Shown piece after piece: positions 1-8,990 of a stretch of DNA of 64,000 nt; position 1 is the first letter of the stretch; each line of letters begins with the position of its first letter. The DNA is from an uncultured Chloroflexia bacterium (GTDB lineage Bacteria > Chloroflexota > Chloroflexia > QHBQ01 > JADMIH01). A model generated the notes under the pieces. That model was given only the letters and a program-made list of their open reading frames with translations, made no database searches and was not told where the DNA came from. Both the position numbers and the translations under genes were made by a program. Where the stretch lies: contig CAWCNY010000004.1 in the NCBI GenBank assembly GCA_963797095.1, forward strand, positions 608,001-672,000, given 5' to 3'.

Positions 1-372
1 CAAGCCGACCGCTTCGCCCATAAGACCGCATAACACCCACCGGCGACTGTTACCCGAAAACTACCCGAAAGTACACCTGCATATCTGTCCCGTTTTGGCC
101 GACCATTGCCGTTAAGTTAATAGCGGCAGTCCGCGTTACCGCTGAGTCGCAACGAACACAAGCTCCCAAATCTTGTAGCAGACGGTCCAAAGGCACAGTC
201 ATGCGAAGGCAAACAATGCTACAAAGTGCACCATATTTCCGCCGGTGCTATCTTCTCGAATATGCAGGCGTTATCTTTTGTAGCGGATACATCGCGATAT
301 ACGACCTCATCAAGGGCTCATCAAGGGCTCATCAAGGGCGCTATCTAACCTGGAGAAAGGGTGGGCAGCAAC

Positions 373-501
373 ATGAGCGAACTTGACTACACAATTCTCA
401 CCGCACCCGGCATTGGAACCCTCGCCGAAAAAACCGTACTGGCTATTGCCTTCGTGATGATCGTGCTTGGTGGCGTTCTCGCCTGTATGCCCGTGGCGTA
501 A
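373..501 (+). CDS. small 42-aa single-pass membrane protein
   Basis: ATG at 373 after a purine-rich RBS-like stretch (GGAGAAAGGG); MSELDYTILTAPGIGTLAEKTVLAIAFVMIVLGGVLACMPVA; stop immediately before a hairpin; below the ORF-track cutoff. Confidence 0.5.
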   Translation: MSELDYTILTAPGIGTLAEKTVLAIAFVMIVLGGVLACMPVA

Positions 502-502
502 C

Positions 503-532
503 AAAAAGGAACCCCGGCTGCCGGGGTTCCTT
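503..532. terminator. intrinsic terminator of ileS, possibly bidirectional
   Basis: AAGGAACCCCGG-CTG-CCGGGGTTCCTT hairpin with a T-tract on the minus strand. Confidence 0.8.
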
Positions 533-554
533 CCTGCGTATTCGATGTGCTACC

Positions 555-3500
555 TTAGCGTTTCACTGCAAGATGCAATGTCGCGCTACCGACTTTCTCG
601 TCCTGCTTATAAGCGCCTTCGTCGGCCTCCCCATCCACCAGTTCTCTAGACAGAGTCTCCGCCTTCAGGTAATCCCCGAATTGCTTGAGCGCGCCTTCGA
701 CCAGAGAACGGTCGTCCCCCTCCGGCCCCTCAACCCTGTAATAAGTGGTTATCCGGTCGCTGACCGTGAAGTCGGCGGACTTACGCATATCGTTTATTAT
801 CCTGACGAGATCGCGCGCCAGGCCCTCTTGCAGCAGCGCCCGGTCCAGTTCCGTATCGAGCGCCACCACCAACCCCGACTCCTGCGCCACCGCAAAGCCC
901 TCGCGCTCCCTGGTCTCCACCAGCAGATCGCCCGGTTGTAGCTCCACGGGCGCGCTTTCGCCGTCTAGGGTGACCGTCACCGGCTGTTCAGCCTCCACCT
1001 GGGCCGCCACCCGCATGGGGTCCAGCCCACCCAGGGCATCGCGTATCGCGCCTAGCCGCTTGCCATACTTCGGCCCCATCACCGGGAAGTTCGGCTTTAT
1101 GCTGTAGGTTATCAGGTCGCCAAGCTGGTTGGTGACCGTCAGCGTCTTCACGTTCAATTCCTCAAGCACCTGGTCGGCCATCCGCTCCAGCGACTCCTCG
1201 TCGCCCTTGTTCGGCAGGCGCACAAGCATCTCGCGCAGCGGCTGGCGCACCTTCACCCCCGCCTTATTGCGGGCCGCGCGCCCCAGGCTCACGAGCTTCT
1301 GGGTAAGCGCCACATCTGCCAGCAGTTGGCGGTCCACCAGCGCCTCGTCTACCTCCGGGTAGGCACAGTGGTGCACGCTCTCCGGCGCATCAGGATTCCT
1401 CCCCTCAGACTTCACAAGGTTCTGGTACATTGTCTCGGTCAGGAACGGCATCATAGGTGCCATCAGCTTGGTCAGCGTAACAAGCACCTCATACAAGGTC
1501 GAGTAAGCCGCCATCTTGTCGTTGTCCGACTCGCTCTTCCAGAAGCGGCGGCGCGAGCGGCGCACGTACCAGTTGGAGAGGTCGTCCACAAAGCTCTCCA
1601 CCTGCCTGCTGAGGCTTGCACAGTCGAACTCGTCCAACTCTGCGTGAGCCTGCGCCACCAACTCGTTCAGCCGGGCCAGTATCCAGCGGTCAAGTTCAGC
1701 ACGCTCGGCGACGGGCACGTTTGCCTCCTCAGGCACAAAGCCATCGAGGTTCGCGTACATCACAAAGAAAGAGTAGGTGTTCCACAGAGTGAGCAGGTTT
1801 CGCTTCACCTCCTCAGCTATGCCCCACCCGAAGTTCATGTTCTCGCGTGTATTGGCCGAGCAGTACATCCACCGCATAACGTCCGCTCCCATCTTCTCGG
1901 CGGCATCGTCGAACCATATCGCGTTGCCCCACGACTTGTGCATCGGCCTACCCTTCTCGTCGTGCACCTTCTCATAGGTCATAAGGGCTTTATACGGCGC
2001 GGTGTCCTCAAGCGTAACCGACATAAAGAGCATCGAGTAGAACCAGAGCCGTATCTGCTCGCGCATCTCACTAACCCAGTCGGCGGGAAACCACTTGCGC
2101 CAGTACTCGGGATCGTCCAGGTACTTGAGCGTCGAGAACGCCACTATGCCCGCGTCGAGCCAGGCGTCGCCCACCTCAGGTATGCGCGAAACCACCGCCT
2201 CGCACTTGGGGCACTTTATCTTCACCTCGTCCACCCACGGGCGGTGCAACTCAGGCAGCGCATCCACCACCTCAGGGTTGACCGCAAGCTCGCGCAGGTG
2301 CGCGCGCGACTTCGCGACGGTCACCTCACCACACTCATCGCACACATAGAATGGCAGCACCAGGCCCCAGTATCGCTTGCGCGATATGTTCCAGTCGCTC
2401 ATATTGCGCAGCCAGTTCTCCATCAGCTTGCCTGCGTACTCAGGCGTCCACTCCACTTCCGAAGCAGCCCTGAGCATGCGCGGTCGTATTTCGGCCGCGC
2501 TTATGTACCATTCACTGGCAACCCGGAACACCACATCGGTGCCGCATCGCCAGCAAACCGGGTAGCGATGGGTATAGTCCTCAAGGTTGTACAGTAATCC
2601 CTTCTCGCGCAGAGAATCGAACACCACAGGCGCGACATCGTTAACATGCATACCTGTGAACTGCCCATAGCCATTGGCATAGTGCCCATCCTCATTCAAA
2701 GGAACCAGTACCGGCAGATCGTTCACCTTGCTCAGGTCGAAGTCCTCCGCCCCGCAGCCAGGCGCTATATGCACTATGCCAGTGCCCTCCTCCTCCCCTA
2801 CAGCCTCCCACGGTATCACGCGATGCACATATGGAGTGCTTGAATTCAGCACCGACGACTGTGCCGCAAGCTCATCGAACGGCCCTGAATAGGTCAGCCC
2901 GACAAGCTCTCTCCCCTTAACCGTGCCCAGGTCTTCATAGTCACCCACCAACCGCGCGAGCGTGCCCCTCGAAAGATATATCACCTTACCACCCTGCCGC
3001 ACCTTCGCGTAGTCAAGATCGGGGTGGACGGCGGCTGCCACGTTCGCTGTGAGGGTCCAGGGCGTGGTGGTCCACACCATCAGGTTTTCGCCCTCGTGCC
3101 CAGGCGTAGTTATCGGGAAGAGGAGGAACACCGAAGTATGGGTTACTTCCCGGTAGCTATCCGTGCCCAATATCTCATGCTGAGAGAGTGACGTGCCGCA
3201 GCGCCAGCACCATGCCATAGAGCGGTTGCCCTTGTAGAGCCAGCCGTTTTCGTGGCACTTATGCAGGAAATACCATATATACTCGTTGTTGGTGTCCGAT
3301 ATGGTGTAATACGAATTGTCCCAGTCGTTCCACATGCCCAGGCGTTTCGACTGGCGCGTTATTATGTCGGCGTACTTGAGCACGCGTTCCCGGCAAGCAC
3401 GCGCAAAGCGGTCGAGGCCATAGGCTTCTATCTCACGCTTGGAGTTGAAGCCCAGCTCCTTCTCGACCTCCACTTCCACCCACAGGCCCTGCCCATCGAA

Positions 3501-3752
3501 GCCGTTCTGCCAGCGTAGGTCGTATCCCTTCATAGCGTGATACCGCTGGAAAACGTCCTTGAAGGTACGTCCCCAACCGTGATGCACTCCCATAGGGTTA
3601 TTAGCCGTTATAGGCCCATCTATAAACGACCAGCGATCTTTTCCCTCATTCTTCTTCTGGAGCTTCCGAAAAGCGTCGGTCTGCTCCCAGAACTCGAGTA
3701 TCCCATGTTCCATTTTCGGGAAATCGAGTTTATTGTCTACAGGTTTGAACAT
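555..3752 (-). CDS. ileS: isoleucine--tRNA ligase, type 2
   Basis: DGPITANNPMGVHH (HIGH region), WTTTPWTL editing motif, DWNISRKRYWG, PMHKS (KMSKS), SNWYVRRSR, type-2 C-terminus (EGLARDLVR..N.MRK); Ile T-box upstream. Confidence 0.96.
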   Translation of the reverse strand: MFKPVDNKLDFPKMEHGILEFWEQTDAFRKLQKKNEGKDRWSFIDGPITANNPMGVHHGWGRTFKDVFQRYHAMKGYDLRWQNGFDGQGLWVEVEVEKELGFNSKREIEAYGLDRFARACRERVLKYADIITRQSKRLGMWNDWDNSYYTISDTNNEYIWYFLHKCHENGWLYKGNRSMAWCWRCGTSLSQHEILGTDSYREVTHTSVFLLFPITTPGHEGENLMVWTTTPWTLTANVAAAVHPDLDYAKVRQGGKVIYLSRGTLARLVGDYEDLGTVKGRELVGLTYSGPFDELAAQSSVLNSSTPYVHRVIPWEAVGEEEGTGIVHIAPGCGAEDFDLSKVNDLPVLVPLNEDGHYANGYGQFTGMHVNDVAPVVFDSLREKGLLYNLEDYTHRYPVCWRCGTDVVFRVASEWYISAAEIRPRMLRAASEVEWTPEYAGKLMENWLRNMSDWNISRKRYWGLVLPFYVCDECGEVTVAKSRAHLRELAVNPEVVDALPELHRPWVDEVKIKCPKCEAVVSRIPEVGDAWLDAGIVAFSTLKYLDDPEYWRKWFPADWVSEMREQIRLWFYSMLFMSVTLEDTAPYKALMTYEKVHDEKGRPMHKSWGNAIWFDDAAEKMGADVMRWMYCSANTRENMNFGWGIAEEVKRNLLTLWNTYSFFVMYANLDGFVPEEANVPVAERAELDRWILARLNELVAQAHAELDEFDCASLSRQVESFVDDLSNWYVRRSRRRFWKSESDNDKMAAYSTLYEVLVTLTKLMAPMMPFLTETMYQNLVKSEGRNPDAPESVHHCAYPEVDEALVDRQLLADVALTQKLVSLGRAARNKAGVKVRQPLREMLVRLPNKGDEESLERMADQVLEELNVKTLTVTNQLGDLITYSIKPNFPVMGPKYGKRLGAIRDALGGLDPMRVAAQVEAEQPVTVTLDGESAPVELQPGDLLVETREREGFAVAQESGLVVALDTELDRALLQEGLARDLVRIINDMRKSADFTVSDRITTYYRVEGPEGDDRSLVEGALKQFGDYLKAETLSRELVDGEADEGAYKQDEKVGSATLHLAVKR

Positions 3753-3768
3753 GATTGGTTCCCCCTAG

Positions 3769-3871
3769 TTCGTACTGCGTACTGCGTATTGTGCACATCA
3801 CGTTGGATACATAGCGTATTGTGCGCTGAACAACCAAACAAAATACGCAGTACGAAGTACGAAGTACGCAA
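3769..3871. repeat. heptamer repeats (TACTGCG/GTACGAA) arranged as an inverted pair
   Basis: TTCGTACTGCGTA near 3769 and its reverse complement TACGCAGTACGAA near 3844. Confidence 0.65.
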
Positions 3872-3875
3872 TATT

Positions 3876-4952
3876 CTAGTGCCCCAGCAATTTCACCGTC
3901 TCCTCTCGCGGTTGCCATTCGATCTGCCAGGCACCAAACTGGTCGAGCAGTTCCATTGCCTGAGTGTGGCGGGTTCTCAGGCCCGCATCCTTAACTTTGT
4001 AATTCCCCTGTAGCTGGTTGGCTACCAGGTCGCTGTCGGTCTTAATTTCAAGTGCCACGCCATCGGGCGTGCGATTGGTGGCCCTGAGGCGTTCAACTAT
4101 GTAGTGCAGGCTGGCCAGCAAGCTATCGTACTCGGCCTGATTATTTGTGTAGTTGGGTCCAAACTCAACGCGCTTTATTACTGGCTTCCTGCCGGGCGAT
4201 TGCACCAGATAGGAACCATAGCCCTGACCGGGGTTGCCCCTGCTCCCCCCATCGAAGACCACCAGCAGTTCCATCAAGCCTTTATCGTCGGCTTCCTCCT
4301 CAGCCTCGACCTCCGCTTCTGCTTCAGCCACCGGTTGCGGTTCAGGTTCAGGGGCCGGTCTCCGCCGTTCAGGACGCGGCTGCCCGGTTAGCTCGGAGGC
4401 GCGACGCATCAGGCCTGAAATGTCTGGCCGTGACTCTTCCGGCTCGGCAGAAGCTTCAGTTGCCGGTGCTTCGCGTAACCGGGCAGGAGCAGGCTCTTCT
4501 GCGGGTGGCGCAGGCTCGACCTTGTAGAGGCGCTCGCGTGCAACTTCTATCCGTGCAGGGGCCTTCGCAACGGGTTCCGCTTCGATCCCCAGTGCGCGGT
4601 CCGAGAGCACCACCAGGGGTGTGACCACAAGCACGCGCAGGGCTTCTCGCGTGGCCGAAAGTGTGTGAGGCTCACGCGGAGCGATGCGGATCACAGAGCT
4701 GGGGCGTAGTTGCACCACAGGCCCACCTGCACCTCCCATGATCTCACCGGCGCCCGCAATCACATACAGGAAATGCTCCTCAGGTGTTTGCATGGCAGGG
4801 GTGGATGCGCCCGGCTCGACCTCAAGCATATCGAGCGCCACCAGCCCACCCGAAGCCTGAGCCGCCCCCGAAGGGTGTAGAGGCGTAACCCGCGCTCCAT
4901 CGCCCAATGGACGAGAGCGCCCGGCCGCCGAGGAAAGATCGAATAATTCCAT
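3876..4952 (-). CDS. cupin domain + Pro/Glu-rich linker + RNase HI-like domain fusion
   Basis: ATG at 4952 with GGAGGAG RBS just after the T-box terminator; cupin EVEPG..EEHFLYVIAG..PREPHT; RNase H DGGSRGNPG, TNNQAEY, TDSDLV. Confidence 0.85.
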   Translation of the reverse strand: MELFDLSSAAGRSRPLGDGARVTPLHPSGAAQASGGLVALDMLEVEPGASTPAMQTPEEHFLYVIAGAGEIMGGAGGPVVQLRPSSVIRIAPREPHTLSATREALRVLVVTPLVVLSDRALGIEAEPVAKAPARIEVARERLYKVEPAPPAEEPAPARLREAPATEASAEPEESRPDISGLMRRASELTGQPRPERRRPAPEPEPQPVAEAEAEVEAEEEADDKGLMELLVVFDGGSRGNPGQGYGSYLVQSPGRKPVIKRVEFGPNYTNNQAEYDSLLASLHYIVERLRATNRTPDGVALEIKTDSDLVANQLQGNYKVKDAGLRTRHTQAMELLDQFGAWQIEWQPREETVKLLGH

Positions 4953-4964
4953 TACTCCTCCAGA

Positions 4965-5235
4965 AAACAAAAACCCCGTCCTCCCTAAAGAAGGACGGGC
5001 ATTACCCGCGGTACCACCTTCGTTGGTGCACATCGTGCGCCCACTTGTATGCGCCTGCCGGCAGGCTCGACGCGGCCCCTGTAACGGTGGGCAACTCCGG
5101 CCCCACTTAGTCTCCAGGATCGGATTTCAGCGGGCGGCTCAGGAACGATTTTCGACGGGTTTCCAGCAGCCGGTCGCACCAACCCCGGCCTCTCTGTACC
5201 TTCCACACGCCTACTCTTTCCGTCATAGCCTATTC
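4965..5235 (-). promoter_or_regulatory. T-box riboswitch, Ile specifier (ATC)
   Basis: Minus strand: GA motif ATGACGGAAAGAGTA, AG box CAGAGAG, GGTGCGA, specifier loop GAAAATCG, CCGTTA, T-box AAGGTGGTACCGCG, terminator CCCGTCCTTCTTTAGGGAGGACGGGGTTTTT. Confidence 0.93.
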
Positions 5236-5250
5236 ACCTATGTTGTGAAA

Positions 5251-5279
5251 ATGATAACATTGCGAGCATGCGATGTCAA
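5251..5279 (-). promoter_or_regulatory. sigma70-type promoter of the T-box leader
   Basis: TTGACA-17 bp-TATCAT on the minus strand. Confidence 0.75.
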
Positions 5280-5390
5280 GCGTACTGTAGTAGGATTTGT
5301 GTGTGGGGCTTGAGGAGTAGACCCGTCTTTCGTATTCCCCCGACGCATCAGGTGGAAGCCAACACTCTGTTTTGATATAATTAGGGGTGC

Positions 5391-5463
5391 GTGCCCGTAG
5401 CTCAGTCGGCAGAGCAATTGACTTTTAATCAATGGGTCGTGGGTTCGAGTCCCGCCGGGCACA
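5391..5463 (+). tRNA. tRNA-Lys (TTT)
   Basis: GTGCCCG/CGGGCAC acceptor stem, ATTGA-CTTTTAA-TCAAT anticodon arm, GGTTCGAGTCC T-arm; CCA not encoded. Confidence 0.97.
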
Positions 5464-5492
5464 CTTGAAATTGTGTAAATTGGCACGAAAAC

Positions 5493-5520
5493 GCCCCCTT
5501 AGTCAGTCTGAGGGGGCTTT
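5493..5520 (+). terminator. hairpin terminator after tRNA-Lys
   Basis: GCCCCCTTAG...CTGAGGGGGC followed by TTT. Confidence 0.6.
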
Positions 5521-6071
5521 ACTATAGGGTTTTACGACAGTTTTACAACAGTTAGATTTCGGAGCAGAGGCGAGGGTTCAGATGGAAGAAAGCTACTCGA
5601 CACTATATACAGATTTGCTCGCAAAGTTGGAAAGCCTTGCGAAGCGCTTACTCGACCCAATAGACCCTACACCTGCTGCTCTATGGAACATAGAAAAAGA
5701 CCTTATTGGCTATCAAGTAGGTACTCAGAACGCTATTGCAAGTGAAAGGAAAATTGGCGGTCTTTCAAACGTGGCGAGGCTCAACCCTGACGTGTCACTT
5801 GGTCGAACTTAGCAACAGTCAAATCATATCGGTAGACGAAGTTACAAGGTGCCTACTGAATTTAAGTAATGGAGAGTTGAACCCCAAGATCCTTGACGGG
5901 TCCTTGGAGTTTGAAGAGTTGAATTTGAGGTCCGTTGTACTTTTTCCTTATACAGTTCACTGCGGGCTCTCAGTAACTCACATGACAAACCGACGCAAAT
6001 GGTGTATTATCTATAGCAGCGAGTGCCCTTACATTCGCAGCGGTTCGTACTGTATTTCACAGGAGAGCATT

Positions 6072-7199
6072 TTGATACGCAGGCTTTTACGACGCCGAAT
6101 TGCGATTGTGGTTATTGCAGCGTTGGCCTTGTCTACCTTTGGTTCGGGCAGCGCGTTCGCTCAAAGCACGAGTAGAACTTTCCCCGAAACAGGCAAAACC
6201 GTGACCGGGCGCTTCTTCCAGTATTGGGACACTCATGGCGGCCTGGCCCAGCAAGGTTACCCCATCTCCGAGCCTCTTGGAGAACTATCAGACACAGACG
6301 GCAAAGTCTACACAGTGCAGTACTTCGAGCGCGCCGTTTTCGAGTTGCACCCTGAAAATCCGGTTCCCAGTGACATACTCCTCTCGTTGCTGGGCGCATT
6401 CCGGTATGCCGCACAGCACCCAGGTGGCGCACCAGGTCAGCAGGCCAGCACCGATAACCCCCGTGTTTTCCCTGAAACGGGGAAGACTATGGGTGGTGCA
6501 TTCCGTGCTTATTGGGAAAGCCACGGCGGATTGGCTCAGCAAGGCTATCCAATCTCCGATGAGTTTACCGAAATAAGCGACCTGGACGGCAAACCCTATA
6601 CGGTCCAGTATTTTGAACGTGCTGAGTTTGAGTTGCATCTTGAGAACCCACAGAATAAGCAGGTGCTACTATCTCAATTGGGCACATTCCGCTTCCAGCA
6701 AAAGTCGGCTGCCGAGGGCTGGGTAGCTCCTCCCTATCCTGTGCCTCCCGCCGATGCAACCGTAGCACCCTCTCCTCCGTCTTCTCCACCTAGTTCACCA
6801 ACACCCACAACTCGACCACAGCCTCCAGCGCAACCGACACAACCTCCCTCACCGCCAGCGCCGCCACCTGCTTCCTCCGGTAAGGTAATAATCTCCTATA
6901 TCTTCTATGATGGTGCGGAGCCACGTAGTGAGGGCGATGAGTACGCAGTTATCAAGAACACGGGCTCTTCAGCAGTGAACCTTCAGGGCTATCGTCTCAA
7001 TGCTGGCGACCCTGGTCAGAACTTTACCTTCCCAGCATTCACGCTAAATGCAGGAGCGGAGGTGAGAGTTTACACCAACAGGGACATTCCCGGTTCGTTC
7101 TCCTTTCATCGTGGCTCCGCCATCTGGAACAACGCTGGTGATTGCGGGTACCTCTACGACCCGCAGGGGAATGAGGTGTCGAAGTACTGCTATGAATAA
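6072..7199 (+). CDS. secreted protein with Chloroflexota FPETG-type repeats, Pro-rich linker and lamin-tail-like domain
   Basis: TTG start after AGGAGAG; signal peptide ending AFA; two FPETG..GGLAQQGYPISE..QYFERA.FELH repeats; DEYAVIKN..VNLQGY..WNN.GD. Confidence 0.85.
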   Translation: MIRRLLRRRIAIVVIAALALSTFGSGSAFAQSTSRTFPETGKTVTGRFFQYWDTHGGLAQQGYPISEPLGELSDTDGKVYTVQYFERAVFELHPENPVPSDILLSLLGAFRYAAQHPGGAPGQQASTDNPRVFPETGKTMGGAFRAYWESHGGLAQQGYPISDEFTEISDLDGKPYTVQYFERAEFELHLENPQNKQVLLSQLGTFRFQQKSAAEGWVAPPYPVPPADATVAPSPPSSPPSSPTPTTRPQPPAQPTQPPSPPAPPPASSGKVIISYIFYDGAEPRSEGDEYAVIKNTGSSAVNLQGYRLNAGDPGQNFTFPAFTLNAGAEVRVYTNRDIPGSFSFHRGSAIWNNAGDCGYLYDPQGNEVSKYCYE

Positions 7200-7602
7200 G
7201 CTATGGCCAAACGACTTGTCTGCTTGTACGCCTGATTAGCAGAATGGAGAGTTGGTAATTCAATGAAGTCGTTAGGGTAAGTGCAAAGCCTTCCTAGTGC
7301 ATGATCAGGGAAGCAATTCGGGAAAGGGGGTGCAGGGGGCTTGTCCCATGCCGGGGTGTGGGGTATCCCCACTCTCTCATCCCTATTCCCTATCGTCTTC
7401 CCTGAAGATGCACTGGTGCGGTAGCAACAATCGCTCAGGGGAATGAAGCTCAAACTAAGCGCTCATCGGAACGCAAGAAGAAGAGTTAGCAACACATTTG
7501 CCCAATAAGAACATAAGTTTGTGGCAGGTGATATATTTGTAAGGCAAGGTAGGTATATATTAAAGGCTGTGCGTCGGGGCCGCCGGGCACACGGTTAATG
7601 CC

Positions 7603-8478
7603 ATGCAAACCTATGGCTCCCAATCTATGGTCGCACCAGTCAAGAGGATGCTATTGAAGCACCCTCGCGAGGCGTTTGTGAGCCAACAGCAAGTTGATGA
7701 GCAGTGGCAACGCCTCTACTATCTGGACCGCCCCGATTACGAGAAAGCCTTAGAGGAGCATGACCACTTCGCTAATCTCCTCAATAGCTTCGGAATGGAA
7801 ATTGCCTTCCTGCCGAGGGACGACAACACCACCCTCGACTCGATCTACACCCACGACCCATTGATTATGTCGGAAATGGGCGCTATTGTCGGTAATATGG
7901 GCAAGGAGGCTCGCTCGCCTGAGCCCGAAGCGGCGGGCAACTACCTGGAAGTGCTCGCAGTGCCCACGGCGGGCAGAATCAGCGGCAAAGGCAAGATGGA
8001 AGGCGGCGATGTGCTGTGGGTAGATCGGCACACGCTGGCAGTAGGGCAAGGCTATCGCACTAACAGCGAAGGAATCCGCCAGCTAGGCGAAATCTTGGGC
8101 AACAATGTCGAGATCGTGCCCGTACCCCTACCACACTGGACCGGGCCAAACGATTGCCTGCACCTGATGTCGTTCATCAGCATCGTAGACGATGACCTGG
8201 CGGTGGTCTACTCGCGGATGATGCCCGTCCCGTTCCGCGAATGGCTGCTTGAACGGGGCTTAACGCTGGTAGAGGTGCCCGACGGGGAGTACGACACGTT
8301 CGCTTGCAACGTGCTTGCGGTTGCGCCCCGCCAATGTGTAATGCTTACAGGCAACCCTCAAACTCAGCGCCATTTAGAGGCAGCAGGCGCTGAAGTACAT
8401 ACCTTCGATGGCAAGGAGATCTGCCTTAAGGGTGGAGGTGGTCCAACCTGCCTGACCCGCCCGATCCTGCGCGCCTAG
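7603..8478 (+). CDS. amidinotransferase / dimethylarginine dimethylaminohydrolase family protein
   Basis: DSIYTHD, EGGD, RTN.EG, LHL, GGGPTCLT motifs. Confidence 0.9.
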   Translation: MQTYGSQSMVAPVKRMLLKHPREAFVSQQQVDEQWQRLYYLDRPDYEKALEEHDHFANLLNSFGMEIAFLPRDDNTTLDSIYTHDPLIMSEMGAIVGNMGKEARSPEPEAAGNYLEVLAVPTAGRISGKGKMEGGDVLWVDRHTLAVGQGYRTNSEGIRQLGEILGNNVEIVPVPLPHWTGPNDCLHLMSFISIVDDDLAVVYSRMMPVPFREWLLERGLTLVEVPDGEYDTFACNVLAVAPRQCVMLTGNPQTQRHLEAAGAEVHTFDGKEICLKGGGGPTCLTRPILRA

Positions 8479-8978
8479 CTTCCCGCGCCCAGCGCCTTAT
8501 CCATAGCGAACCTGACCGCCGTGACCCTCCCCTCGGCGGTTTTCGTTTCGCCTGAGAAGAAATCACACTCTACGATGGCCTTCTTGGGATAAAGCTCTGT
8601 TACATGCGCCTGCAATAGAACGGGCTTATCGAGGGCTGTAGGTTTGAGAAAGCGCACGTTTAGCTCTCCCGTAACGTAACTGATAGATGGCGCGGAACCG
8701 TGTTGCTTCTCCTCCTCGCGGTAGGTCCATGCGATAGCGGTCCAAATCGAATGGCAATCTATCAGCGAAGCAACCAGTCCGCCATACATGACGTTGGGGA
8801 AGCCCGCGTTGAAATCAGGTCGCGGCTCAAAGTGGCAGATCACACTTCTGCCGTCCTCAGACCAGTAGCTCTTGATCCGCAACCCATGAATGTTCGCGGG
8901 ACCACAGCCATAGCAGCTTCCTTCGGGCCAAACGTCCTGAAGTGCAATATCTCCTTGTTGATAATCAGTCCAGTCCAT
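8475..8978 (-). CDS. PaaI/hotdog-fold thioesterase
   Basis: CYGCGPAN..GL, YGGLVASLIDCH, VTGELNVRFLKPT. Confidence 0.85.
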   Translation of the reverse strand: MDWTDYQQGDIALQDVWPEGSCYGCGPANIHGLRIKSYWSEDGRSVICHFEPRPDFNAGFPNVMYGGLVASLIDCHSIWTAIAWTYREEEKQHGSAPSISYVTGELNVRFLKPTALDKPVLLQAHVTELYPKKAIVECDFFSGETKTAEGRVTAVRFAMDKALGAGS

Positions 8979-8990
8979 GAATCTCCTTCG

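Larger units (their letters stand above)
5465..7592. mobile_element. integrase-less genomic islet at the tRNA-Lys 3' end
   Basis: 13-bp direct repeat CCGCCGGGCACAC at 5452-5464 (tRNA 3' end) and 7580-7592; AT-richer interior. Confidence 0.55.

Noticed and set aside
1326-2597. Long antisense ORFs (also 16654-17508, 27224-28045, 35137-35841, 62800-63489)
   Set aside because: Shadow frames of GC-rich genes on the opposite strand, with no motifs
4953-5033. N-terminal extension of the cupin-RNase H ORF
   Set aside because: Overlaps the T-box antiterminator and terminator; a strong RBS precedes ATG 4952
5736-6071. N-terminal extension of the 487-aa ORF
   Set aside because: RBS and signal peptide point to TTG at 6072; the upstream part looks like AT-rich debris
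7321-7380. MITE or IS end in a G-rich stretch (similar at 35834-35850)
   Set aside because: Too short and degenerate to define ends or a target duplication
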